A DNA stretch of 64,000 nt from an uncultured virus (IMG/VR IMGVR_UViG_3300043468_000476) (lineage: Duplodnaviria; Heunggongvirae; Uroviricota; Caudoviricetes). A program made the translations under genes and the position numbers. The stretch is taken from the IMG/VR virus record IMGVR_UViG_3300043468_000476; one strand, written 5' to 3'. Shown piece after piece: positions 48,273-56,409 of the stretch (position 1 is its first letter; each line of letters opens with the position of its first letter). A model generated the notes under the pieces. It was given only the letters and a program-made list of their open reading frames with translations, was not told where the DNA came from and made no database searches.

Positions 48273-49181
48273 TTAGTCGTTAGCTAGTTTCTTAAAGAAC
48301 TTAATTGTCTCATCTTCATCTTCATCATCACCAGAATACTTCGGCGCATGAGTTGCCTTGAATGATGGAGCAGTTGATTCCTCAGCATCATCCCATGGAA
48401 CTTCAGTATTTTCTGCCTTAGCACGCTTGGCCGGAGCAGAGTCTTCAGCAAGAACCTTTGCTAGTCGAGCACGTAGTTCTTCTTCTGACTTGAAGTTAGA
48501 TGGAGCAAGAAATTCCTGAAGAGAATGTTCGCTCTTCCAAACCTTTTCTAGCTCTTCATCGTCCTTTAGTAGTGGACCTGGCTTATCAAACTCTGACTTA
48601 TCATAATTACGATAACCTTCAAGATTACGAATCTTTAGCTTGAATGAAGCGCCAGCCCACATATCGAATGGATTGATTGCTTCCTCGTCAGCAAACTGTG
48701 GTTCCATTGCTTCCTTCAGCTTGTCGAAAATCTTCTTTCCGTACTTGTAAAGGAAAACTTTACCTTCGTTTGCAGGATTACCCTGATCGCTGACAACGTA
48801 GATATTGCTGATGAAGTGAAGACGACGCTTCTGCTTACGAGCAATTTCCTTATTGGCTTCAATACCAGAGTTCCATAGCTTAGAGTTATACTCTGAAACT
48901 GGATCGTTCTTACCAATAGTTGTCAGGGAGTTTTCAATATACCAACCACCTGGACCCTGGAAACCATGATCGAAGATACGAACGAAAGGAACGTCTTCAT
49001 TCTGTGGCGGAGGAAGGAAACGAATAACAGCATAACCATTACCAGCCTTATCGACTGTTGGCGACCAGAAACGATCGTCGGAACCTTTTCCTTCGCCGCC
49101 TGATAGCTTATTGAGTTCTGATGTTAGGGATTCGAGAGACTTCTTACCTGAAGCTGCTTTGAGGGACTTAAAATCTACCAT
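48273..49181 (-). CDS. gp32: Single-stranded DNA-binding protein gp32
   Basis: DDRFW.P.VDKAGNGYAVIRFLP, HGFQGPGGWYIENSLTT, YGKKIFDK, NYDKSEF, acidic tail; likely ATG at 49181 after GGAG. Confidence 0.96.
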   Translation of the reverse strand: MVDFKSLKAASGKKSLESLTSELNKLSGGEGKGSDDRFWSPTVDKAGNGYAVIRFLPPPQNEDVPFVRIFDHGFQGPGGWYIENSLTTIGKNDPVSEYNSKLWNSGIEANKEIARKQKRRLHFISNIYVVSDQGNPANEGKVFLYKYGKKIFDKLKEAMEPQFADEEAINPFDMWAGASFKLKIRNLEGYRNYDKSEFDKPGPLLKDDEELEKVWKSEHSLQEFLAPSNFKSEEELRARLAKVLAEDSAPAKRAKAENTEVPWDDAEESTAPSFKATHAPKYSGDDEDEDETIKFFKKLAND

Positions 49182-49241
49182 GTATAATCTCCGTATTACA
49201 GTGTATAACAATTGTATGAATGGCATTTGTATCGCCATCAT

Positions 49242-49249
49242 TATTTATA
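49242..49249 (-). promoter_or_regulatory. T4-type late promoter TATAAATA upstream of gp32
   Basis: Exact consensus. Confidence 0.7.
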
Positions 49250-49816
49250 TTACTCCATATCGCTCATAATGTCAAGCATTATTTGCTTCACCTTCTCATA
49301 ATCGCATTTTATAAATGGAGTATACTTCACAACCTTCAATCGGACGTCATCCCATATCGGGTCATATTCCAGTTTAGAGTCCCACTGTTCTAATGCTTTT
49401 GTCATTTTAACAAAAATACAAAGGGACTCTAAGCTGATCTGGTTACCAAGATATAACCTCAGGGCAGCTGGGTGTTGCTGCCCTTTTGGTTCTTGTAGAA
49501 TTTTCTTGAAGTCGTTTTTGAAATTATATGTAAGAGACTGATTACGTTTCTTCCAGTTCTGATAAACTACTTGAGCAGTCTCTGAATATGCGAGATCACG
49601 GATCCATAGTTTTGGATCAACAATAAAATTAGCAATGAGAAACTCGCATACATTTTCAATTTTAGATAATTTCTCAAAGAACACCTTATCCTTACGCTTA
49701 TCAAACGATGCGTGCTTTAATCCGGTTTTTCCGTTGTATTTGATATAGTCGTAATCGGTTTTGGTAAAGTGATTTTTGAGGGCAACGTACTCTTTATATG
49801 CTTCGAACGCCGACAT
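49250..49816 (-). CDS. gp59: Helicase loader gp59
   Basis: Y.ALKNHFT...YDY.KYNGK, F.KRKD..FF.KLS, ISLE, KY.PF. Confidence 0.9.
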   Translation of the reverse strand: MSAFEAYKEYVALKNHFTKTDYDYIKYNGKTGLKHASFDKRKDKVFFEKLSKIENVCEFLIANFIVDPKLWIRDLAYSETAQVVYQNWKKRNQSLTYNFKNDFKKILQEPKGQQHPAALRLYLGNQISLESLCIFVKMTKALEQWDSKLEYDPIWDDVRLKVVKYTPFIKCDYEKVKQIMLDIMSDME

Positions 49817-50286
49817 AATTCCTCAGGTTCTCCATACTGTAGATAAGTCAAAAATTTGAAGTAAAGACCTTTTTCTCGGCCATACGCTTCAATTTCCCAT
49901 GGACATTCCCAATAGTCCATTTCTTCGTGCAAATATCTTTCGCCTTGCCATTTAACCATCCGCACTGGACGCCAAATGTCTTTCATTTCGCCTTTGGCGT
50001 ATTGTTTAAGATGGACCATCTCGTGAGCAAGAGCAAGCAGGGTTTCCTTCTTGCTGAGAGCACGATCAATACCTATTAAAAACTCTCTACAACTATCGTT
50101 ACCGTCTGTCCAATCGCAGTATGCGTAATCACCATCATCGTTAGTAACTTTTTCAAACTGGATAGTCAAATGGATATTATTAAAGAGTTTTCCGCCTCCG
50201 ATCAGATATTTACCATAAAAATATGCCGCTTTTTTGATTATTTTCGAAGATACGTGCGATGGTCGACCTATTGTTTTTATACGCAT
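49717..50286 (-). CDS. HExxH zinc metallopeptidase-like protein
   Basis: LAHEMVHLKQY...PWEIEAY; 3' end overlaps gp59 by 100 nt. Confidence 0.75.
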   Translation of the reverse strand: MRIKTIGRPSHVSSKIIKKAAYFYGKYLIGGGKLFNNIHLTIQFEKVTNDDGDYAYCDWTDGNDSCREFLIGIDRALSKKETLLALAHEMVHLKQYAKGEMKDIWRPVRMVKWQGERYLHEEMDYWECPWEIEAYGREKGLYFKFLTYLQYGEPEELCRRSKHIKSTLPSKITLPKPITTISNTTEKPD

Positions 50287-50314
50287 AAACGCCTCCAACA
50301 ATGGTTGAACCTAA

Positions 50315-50322
50315 TATTTATA
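50315..50322 (-). promoter_or_regulatory. T4-type late promoter TATAAATA
   Basis: Exact consensus overlapping the gp33 stop. Confidence 0.65.
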
Positions 50323-50536
50323 TGGGAAGTCTGGCTCCACGTTTGAGGATATTGAGATTTTCAGCCTCTACTTGGATCTTGGACTTCATAACTGGGTCTT
50401 TTTTGATCCAGTATGCAGCCGTTTCCACTTCCAGGTTGTTTTTCTGACACCAGAAAACGATGGCATCAATATATTCGATGTTCTTTTCTCGACAGAGTTT
50501 TTCTACTTCTTCTACGAAGCCTGAATTTTTAAGCAT
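50318..50536 (-). CDS. gp33: Late transcription coactivator gp33
   Basis: F..EVEK......YIDAIV.WC..N.LE.E......K.K...EAE.LN.L...A.LPI. Confidence 0.88.
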   Translation of the reverse strand: MLKNSGFVEEVEKLCREKNIEYIDAIVFWCQKNNLEVETAAYWIKKDPVMKSKIQVEAENLNILKRGARLPI

Positions 50537-50694
50537 TCTTTTTCATGTTCCTTCAGTTCTTCAATTCTCTTCTTAAGGAAAACCATGACTTCTTCGTTAT
50601 TCACCCTCACACACTTTAATCGGTTCAGTTCCATTTCAAGAGCCCACTTTATAGTGGAAGCATGCGAGTAAGAATATGAAGATTTTGACGTCAT
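50512..50694 (-). CDS. Hypothetical protein
   Basis: ORF packed in operon with overlaps. Confidence 0.55.
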   Translation of the reverse strand: MTSKSSYSYSHASTIKWALEMELNRLKCVRVNNEEVMVFLKKRIEELKEHEKECLKIQAS

Positions 50695-51179
50695 GAGTTT
50701 GTTCCTTTACTTAAATCGATGTTCCACCAAAAAATGATAGAATATCTGTTAGACTTTTGTACGGGGTCAATACCATGATATACTTCTTGACCGTTGAACA
50801 GCGTTAATCTTCCAGGTTTTGGCTGGATGATTATGTCGTCAGTAAAGAATTTTCCACTTTCGAAATCGTCGTTCAGATATAACATACTGTTGAAATTAGC
50901 ATCACCAGCCCTAGGATCATCATGAATATGTCTGACAGTATAACTGTCGACAGGCCATATCTGTAACTGAGTCCATCGGTGGTTTAATTTATATCTGATT
51001 TTTGATTCTAGATAATCTTGTACCTCTTGAATAAGAGGATCATCCAAATCTATGAGCCTTGTAGCAAAACTCATAGGATTCATTCCTAATGCAAGCCTTT
51101 CGTCGTATGTTGTTTGAATATACTTACAATAATTCTCACAACGTTCTTTAGATATTACATTATCAAAAATGAATATCAT
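50691..51179 (-). CDS. 2OG-Fe(II) oxygenase (prolyl 4-hydroxylase-like)
   Basis: HIHD, LYLNDDFESG, PKPG, HG..V...RY. Confidence 0.8.
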   Translation of the reverse strand: MIFIFDNVISKERCENYCKYIQTTYDERLALGMNPMSFATRLIDLDDPLIQEVQDYLESKIRYKLNHRWTQLQIWPVDSYTVRHIHDDPRAGDANFNSMLYLNDDFESGKFFTDDIIIQPKPGRLTLFNGQEVYHGIDPVQKSNRYSIIFWWNIDLSKGTNS

Positions 51180-51574
51180 TTAATCGTGATCGTAGTTGGA
51201 ACGCCTCTAGTCATACTGTAAAGAGTAGCAGCATTGCTTGGAGAAAGGCGAACGCAGCCGTGAGAAGCGGGTCGACCCAAAGCACCAACATGAGGAGTAG
51301 CGTGAATTGCATAACCACCGCTAAAAAAGATAGAATGAGGCATCGGGGCATTGTCGAACTTCTTTGAGTAGTGCATTAGTTGATAAGAATAAGGATGGAA
51401 AGTTCCTGATGGTGTTACGTAGCCTCTACGTGCGGTAGAAACTGGCCACTGTTCGATTAACTCTCCATCTTCATAAACTGTCATTGTCTGATTACGTTTA
51501 GAAACTACCACATCATAATCTGCTAGAGCAGAAGTTGAGAATAGAACTGCTGCAGCAATCAATAGTTTATTCAC
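51176..51574 (-). CDS. Secreted L,D-transpeptidase (YkuD family)
   Basis: Signal peptide ending ALA; WPVSTAR, TPSG, AIHAT...LGRPASHGCVRL. Confidence 0.92.
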   Translation of the reverse strand: MNKLLIAAAVLFSTSALADYDVVVSKRNQTMTVYEDGELIEQWPVSTARRGYVTPSGTFHPYSYQLMHYSKKFDNAPMPHSIFFSGGYAIHATPHVGALGRPASHGCVRLSPSNAATLYSMTRGVPTTITIK

Positions 51575-51777
51575 GATACATACCCCAAGATAGCGCCGAC
51601 GGGACCAACGAAAACACCAATACAGCGAAGAATAAACTTAGCTGTTACAGGATTATCGATCGTGTTCCAGATAGCAATAATATTCATAACCCAACCTACG
51701 GCAAAAACGAGCCAGATTGCGATTAGCGTAAGATAATAACCTGTACCGTATTCTTTGTGCCCATGATAAAGCGCCAT
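51571..51777 (-). CDS. Small membrane protein
   Basis: Two hydrophobic segments; GW.MNI...LR.IGVFV.P.GAILG; GGAG RBS. Confidence 0.7.
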   Translation of the reverse strand: MALYHGHKEYGTGYYLTLIAIWLVFAVGWVMNIIAIWNTIDNPVTAKFILRCIGVFVGPVGAILGYVS

Positions 51778-51791
51778 AATATATACTCCAG

Positions 51792-51899
51792 TTAGCGACC
51801 TGACTGTTTACGCCAAATCCATGATGATAGGTCTAGTAGTGATTGTTGGAATTTGTTAACGACAAAACTGTTCCAGAACCAGTGATTGTTTCTTGACAT
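51792..51899 (-). CDS. 35-aa Trp-rich peptide (not in ORF track)
   Basis: MSRNNHWFWNSFVVNKFQQSLLDLSSWIWRKQSGR; AAGGTG RBS; fills the gap. Confidence 0.5.
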   Translation of the reverse strand: MSRNNHWFWNSFVVNKFQQSLLDLSSWIWRKQSGR

Positions 51900-51909
51900 C
51901 TGAACACCT

Positions 51910-52467
51910 TTATTTTGTGAAAACTAGATTGATCACCATTCTCAATTCATGAGAAGATGGAGGAGTGCTAGCATGCAATAACATAGAATCAAAGGCAATT
52001 AACCTATTTCTCATAGGTTTAATTTTTTGTTTTATTGTCAATTCATGCTTATTTATCGGTTCTTTTTCTTCGAATATTACAGTGCACCCATCGCTGTCAT
52101 TAACATAATATAATAATGACTCTGCGTCAACTTCTTTCGTATGGTCGGCGTGAGGAAGATTGTAAACGCCAACAGGCCAATCAGAATGCCTGTAAATCAG
52201 ATTAGCCTTGGCTCTTACTAACTTTTCAGTAGATCTACCAGAGGCTTCGATGATTGGTTGAATTAATGGATAATAACCTGAATTAATATTATCATGTAAA
52301 AAGAATACATGAGTAAATTGACTGCAATCTCGAGTCTTATCAGTGGTGTATTGTTTTGAGTGTGTGGTGAAGTCGCTGTAATACCAAGGGAAGTCGCTTC
52401 CGGATAATGTTTGTTCTAGATCATCGCTAATAGCTTTGTCTAGAAAATTGTCAATAATTTCCATCAC
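51910..52467 (-). CDS. 2OG-Fe(II) oxygenase
   Basis: FPWYY, PHAD, YYVNDSDG.T, HAS.PP, R.VIN. Confidence 0.82.
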   Translation of the reverse strand: MMEIIDNFLDKAISDDLEQTLSGSDFPWYYSDFTTHSKQYTTDKTRDCSQFTHVFFLHDNINSGYYPLIQPIIEASGRSTEKLVRAKANLIYRHSDWPVGVYNLPHADHTKEVDAESLLYYVNDSDGCTVIFEEKEPINKHELTIKQKIKPMRNRLIAFDSMLLHASTPPSSHELRMVINLVFTK

Positions 52468-52479
52468 AACCTCGAGAAA

Positions 52480-52556
52480 TGGCGGTCCCCGAAGGATTCG
52501 AACCCTCGACCCACGGAGTAGAAATCCGTTGCTCTATCCAGCTGAGCTAGGGGACC
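52480..52556 (-). tRNA. tRNA-Arg(UCU)
   Basis: GGTCCCC/GGGGACC acceptor stem, TAGCTCAGCTGGATAGAGC D-arm, ACGGA-TTTCTAC-TCCGT anticodon arm, GTTCGAATC T-loop, encoded CCA. Confidence 0.95.
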
Positions 52557-52565
52557 ATTATTAGT

Positions 52566-52594
52566 ATTATACTACATATTTCACGAAAAGTCAA
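52566..52594 (-). promoter_or_regulatory. Sigma70-type promoter for the tRNA
   Basis: TTGACT-N17-TATAAT. Confidence 0.8.
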
Positions 52595-53342
52595 ATGGAC
52601 ATTTCTTTTCACGCTTTTCGTTTCGACGTAGTAAAGAAAAAGTCTTTCTCCATCCATATATACTGGTACTAGGAGTTAGGCTCTTTTGATTCATCTCTTG
52701 ATCGCTAATTAGATGATTATGTATCTTAACCTTCTTTTCAGTCAATGGAACGAATTGCATAAGAGCTTCGCCCATGGGGATCTTCATCAAATACTGTTCG
52801 CCCTGTTTTGCTTTCTTAAAAGCCATAAACACATTAGTGAACGAAACATCATGAAAAGTAATAGACCCAGGAATAATACGAGCATCGATGTTTTCTAAAG
52901 ACCATTCAGTCCCAAAACAAATAAATGGAACACGCTCTTTGGTGGTGATCAGCCAAGGACTAGTCAACTTGAACATATGATAATCTATAAAACCAGGATT
53001 AAACATACTATCCGGAGGAATCTTTGGCTCTGGGCCAGTCGTATAGTTGTAAGAGAAAGTTTCGTTTCTTACATCAATAGCAAAATCAGCCCAAGACTCT
53101 AGAATGAATCCACGTTTATATAAGTCCAAGAATCCAATACAAGATCTAACGCTTCTGAAAGAATTATTGTAAATGTTTCCTAACGGATTATATGCATACT
53201 CATGACGAGTCTTAGGAACATTATCCATCCATTCGGGTTTAGCTTTATAAGAATTAACAATTGGCGTTGTCTTATAAACACTAGTATTAGATGTGAAACA
53301 ATCAACATCTAAAACAGAACTTCTATGAAAAAATGAAAACAT
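52581..53342 (-). CDS. Hypothetical protein; paralog of 3451..4239
   Basis: MFSFFHRSSVLDVDCFTS...R.C.GF..LYKRGF.LE.W.DF...KL.SPW...KKCPF. Confidence 0.75.
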   Translation of the reverse strand: MFSFFHRSSVLDVDCFTSNTSVYKTTPIVNSYKAKPEWMDNVPKTRHEYAYNPLGNIYNNSFRSVRSCIGFLDLYKRGFILESWADFAIDVRNETFSYNYTTGPEPKIPPDSMFNPGFIDYHMFKLTSPWLITTKERVPFICFGTEWSLENIDARIIPGSITFHDVSFTNVFMAFKKAKQGEQYLMKIPMGEALMQFVPLTEKKVKIHNHLISDQEMNQKSLTPSTSIYGWRKTFSLLRRNEKREKKCPFDFS

Positions 53343-53362
53343 AATATACTCCAATTAGAAAA

Positions 53363-53677
53363 TGCAACATGCTTCTGTTTCTAGGTGCAGTTGCCAAACC
53401 CAATGGATTATGCCGCTAGAGCATAAACTCCAAATGATGCATCATTATCGTTTGCATCTACGTTTCGCCTTTGGTCTCCTTACGACCTTACTGAATCCTG
53501 TCGAACCTGAATCGCCCCCATCAAAGATACATAGTTGCAGGTAAAAGGCAACTGCATAATCGGGTGTGTGTATCCTTTTTCATCCACTTCCGATCTATGT
53601 ATCCATGGTGGAGGCGGTGGGAATCGCACCCACGTCCAAGAAACCTATTTTTCGTCTCTCAACGACCTCGGCAAACC
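53363..53677 (-). ncRNA. ssrA: Two-piece circularly permuted tmRNA (acceptor piece about 53677-53606, intervening segment 53605-53520, coding piece 53519 to about 53363)
   Basis: 3' half GGAC-GTGGG-TGCGATT-CCCAC-CGCCTCC-ACCA precedes 5' half GGGGGCG-ATTCAGGTTCGAC; G3:U70 pair; tag ANDNDASFGVYALAA* at 53455-53408; outer ends approximate. Confidence 0.93.
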
Positions 53678-53741
53678 TATTTATTGTGTTTGTATCTGAT
53701 TTTCAAACTCCTCAATCCAAGGAGCAGTTACTTTATCTTCT

Positions 53742-53867
53742 TTAATTGCACGGATTTGACGTGCGGTCTCTGAAGAGACATTCGGCGAATTTAGCGTCAT
53801 CCCTATTACAAGCAGACAAACTAAGAAAGGATAACCCCACTAGGGCTAGTACTAGATACTTCTTCAT
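53742..53867 (-). CDS. Small lipoprotein
   Basis: MKKYLVLALVGLSFLSLSA-C lipobox; GGAGG RBS. Confidence 0.7.
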   Translation of the reverse strand: MKKYLVLALVGLSFLSLSACNRDDAKFAECLFRDRTSNPCN

Positions 53868-54114
53868 TCTTTTCCTCCGGGTTAAAGTCGTGCTTTTCAG
53901 TTTCGTGAATAGCAACAGAAAACCATTCGTTCGAACCTTCACGCTGATATTGAAGATCCTGCATTGGAACCATTACCATCTGCTTTGTTTCTGGATGAAC
54001 CATCATCTTAGGAAACATTACCATACGAATATCAGCAATTGGCTTCTTCTTCTGTAATCCGCCTGTAGGAAAACTAACTCCTGCTGTTGCACCATCTGGT
54101 CCAAGAATACTCAT
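53821..54114 (-). CDS. Hypothetical protein
   Basis: ORF with ATGA coupling to the upstream gene. Confidence 0.6.
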   Translation of the reverse strand: MSILGPDGATAGVSFPTGGLQKKKPIADIRMVMFPKMMVHPETKQMVMVPMQDLQYQREGSNEWFSVAIHETEKHDFNPEEKNEEVSSTSPSGVILS

Positions 54115-54476
54115 GTCTTTTGTCCTTTATACTTATCAAGTAGCTTTGATAGAAACTCAATAGCTGAATCATTGAATGTTACATCATTTAGAATACCACT
54201 AACACAGTACTGCTTGGCCTGAAGAGCGTTACCGTCTGCTGCCTTATCGTATTCTACAATATATAGATGACGATCTTTAGTCATCATTACTTCGTTAATC
54301 TTACCGTTCTTTTCGCCATTATAAAGAGTGACAAGAGCTTTCTCATCAATCATCTTCATAAACTCGGCATTAGGATAGCACTTTAATACATCATCTGCCT
54401 TGGCCATATTATGCACGACTAGAAAGCCAAGCACAAAAAAGAAAATGGCAATAAAACATTCTTTAGTTCTGGACAT
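54111..54476 (-). CDS. Putative exported protein
   Basis: N-terminal hydrophobic segment ending AKA; two Cys in the mature part. Confidence 0.65.
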   Translation of the reverse strand: MSRTKECFIAIFFFVLGFLVVHNMAKADDVLKCYPNAEFMKMIDEKALVTLYNGEKNGKINEVMMTKDRHLYIVEYDKAADGNALQAKQYCVSGILNDVTFNDSAIEFLSKLLDKYKGQKT

Positions 54477-54477
54477 A

Positions 54478-55071
54478 TCACTTCTCTCTTTCTACAAAGT
54501 CAAAATTTATGATGGTTCGTTTTTTAAAGTTTACTGGATTGTTACCTGCATGATACCTATAACCATTAAATACCAATCCTGCTCCTTTCTTTGGTACGAA
54601 CCTATCTGTTTCTGTTAAGCTGCAAACATCAACTTTATCTGGATCTAATCCTGGATAATATTCTTCCTTAAACAGAATAGTATCACCATCGCTATCTTCC
54701 GTATAATAAACCAACGTTGTGAACGGTATAATCTCCGGAAGATCAATATGTGGCCTATTATACTTTGACAGACAGTGGCCAGGAACAGGAAATGATCTTC
54801 TTATTCTAATTCTCAGAAAACGAGCACAAGTTATACCAGTCTTTTCTTCTAAGAAATACATTATTGGCTTGAACGAATGGAAATAGTCTGAATTTATACC
54901 ACGTTCTGTACTATAAAGTGTATGACAAATTGCAGAAGCTTCTGTTATTCTATCATCCACCAAACTTCCTGGAGATATATCATGAGTATAAAACCAAGGG
55001 AAGTCGTTAGCGTTAATTATTCTCTCGATTTCGTCTTGATAAGAAACTGGAATAATGTCTGATATATACAT
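54478..55071 (-). CDS. 2OG-Fe(II) oxygenase
   Basis: FPWFY, PHID, DSDGDT, F.G..YHA..P, R.IINF. Confidence 0.82.
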   Translation of the reverse strand: MYISDIIPVSYQDEIERIINANDFPWFYTHDISPGSLVDDRITEASAICHTLYSTERGINSDYFHSFKPIMYFLEEKTGITCARFLRIRIRRSFPVPGHCLSKYNRPHIDLPEIIPFTTLVYYTEDSDGDTILFKEEYYPGLDPDKVDVCSLTETDRFVPKKGAGLVFNGYRYHAGNNPVNFKKRTIINFDFVEREK

Positions 55072-55251
55072 TTATTCTTTGTCTACACCAGAAATTGACT
55101 TCATTAGAGTTACGTCATAATCAATCAGACGAGATAACGCTTCAATAGCGTTTTCTTTACTGACTCCACCAGCAATCTTATCCCTAGACCACATAACATA
55201 CTTGATTAGCATGTTAACGTCAAGTGCATTTTGATCCTTTAATTCATTCAT
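55072..55251 (-). CDS. 59-aa hypothetical protein (not in ORF track)
   Basis: MNELKDQNALDVNMLIKYVMWSRDK...; ATGA overlap; fills the gap exactly. Confidence 0.6.
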   Translation of the reverse strand: MNELKDQNALDVNMLIKYVMWSRDKIAGGVSKENAIEALSRLIDYDVTLMKSISGVDKE

Positions 55252-56387
55252 GTAACTACCCTCAATAGAATCGTGTTTTCGTTGATACGATACGCAAGAG
55301 GCTTCTGCGTCTTGATCTCATCAAAGACTTTTCGTAGGACAAGTTTGCCACCCTCAAGTATGCGCTTGAGAAACTCGTTCGGATCTTTTCTTCCAACGGA
55401 CATCGTAACAGAACTACTTTCGTCAAAGTTCGTAATGCTAGTGCCCTTGACCTGGAGCCCACCACGATCAATCGCTGTAAGCCTCGTAATCGTCTTATAC
55501 TTCGTATTGAAAGTCCAGAGCTCCAGTGCGCCGATGATTTTCTCCGGAGACACTGATGCAATCTTGTAAGTTGCATCTTCCTTCTGGTACTTGAGATTTT
55601 TGATTTTCTTTTCGACCGATATCGTTCTTGGCTTGCGAGCTTTATTAACTTTTTTCGTGTTCGAAGAGTATCTCTCCGCATCCTCGATAAGCGTGTTGTA
55701 GAACGATACAAGGCGTTTGATATCCGCTTTTTTGTAATGGCGGTAGCCTTCTTTGAGTTGTTCACATTTCCCCTCATATGCTTCAAGCAATTCATCAAGT
55801 ACTGGGGTCATTTTAGCGATGATAGAAGTAGCGTAAGCGGCAGGAATGTTATTCGCCTGCAGCCATTCGTATAATGAGAACTCTACATTGTCGTAGATGT
55901 AATCGTCTATCATGCCCTCAATTTCACCAAGAATATCGTGTGCACGCTCACGCATGCGATCTTGAATAGAAACAACAGGTTTATTAGATTCTTCTGTTGG
56001 TTCTTCAGTATTTATCTTGTTGAGGGCAGCTTTGATCTTCTCGTCAATAAAATTTCTAGTAAATTCGTTTGGTTTATAACCACGACTGATCATACGCACC
56101 GACCAAGCGGCAGTGGTAGGAATATCAGAGTCGCTGATACGCTTGATCTTCTTTGCCTCAGCAACCCTACCTATGTTCTTGAGGTAATCGCTGAGATACT
56201 CCTTGGCCTCCGAATTACTGGCCATATAATTATACCAATTCAGACCATTCATATAATCTGCATTAGTAGATTTGTCTGTGAAAATAGGCTCGTCGCCCAG
56301 ATGCTTCTTATTAACAATATATGCCTCTGACTTCGTAACACGAATAGTCTTAGGTTTACGTTTAATAAGTCCTGGACGACGAGCCAT
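55248..56387 (-). CDS. Conserved T4-like early protein, function uncertain
   Basis: LNWYNY, SIQDR, QLKEGY, LW.FNTK, RINENTILLR; behind a consensus promoter. Confidence 0.7.
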   Translation of the reverse strand: MARRPGLIKRKPKTIRVTKSEAYIVNKKHLGDEPIFTDKSTNADYMNGLNWYNYMASNSEAKEYLSDYLKNIGRVAEAKKIKRISDSDIPTTAAWSVRMISRGYKPNEFTRNFIDEKIKAALNKINTEEPTEESNKPVVSIQDRMRERAHDILGEIEGMIDDYIYDNVEFSLYEWLQANNIPAAYATSIIAKMTPVLDELLEAYEGKCEQLKEGYRHYKKADIKRLVSFYNTLIEDAERYSSNTKKVNKARKPRTISVEKKIKNLKYQKEDATYKIASVSPEKIIGALELWTFNTKYKTITRLTAIDRGGLQVKGTSITNFDESSSVTMSVGRKDPNEFLKRILEGGKLVLRKVFDEIKTQKPLAYRINENTILLRVVT

Positions 56388-56409
56388 TGTTTTCTCCTAT
56401 TATTTTTAT

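Noticed and set aside
639..48916. Many 60-130 aa ORFs nested in or antisense to structural genes
   Set aside because: They fully overlap well-supported genes and show no RBS or motif; expected by chance in biased, repetitive coding DNA.
52515..52530. Reading the tRNA anticodon loop as CUA (amber suppressor)
   Set aside because: The 5-bp stem ACGGA/TCCGT closes a 7-nt loop TT-TCT-AC, which centres TCT; the body matches Arg(UCU) tRNAs.
53606..53640. Stand-alone tRNA fragment or attP-like tRNA 3' end
   Set aside because: It pairs with the downstream GGGGGCG 5' half and a tag frame, so it is the tmRNA acceptor piece; no integrase is in the window.
53362..53773. Plus-strand ORFs 53362..53544 and 53564..53773
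   Set aside because: They lie antisense to the tmRNA, which explains the sequence.
55262..55798. 178-aa same-strand alternative-frame ORF inside 55248..56387
   Set aside because: Arg/Ser-rich composition typical of an off-frame read; no RBS.
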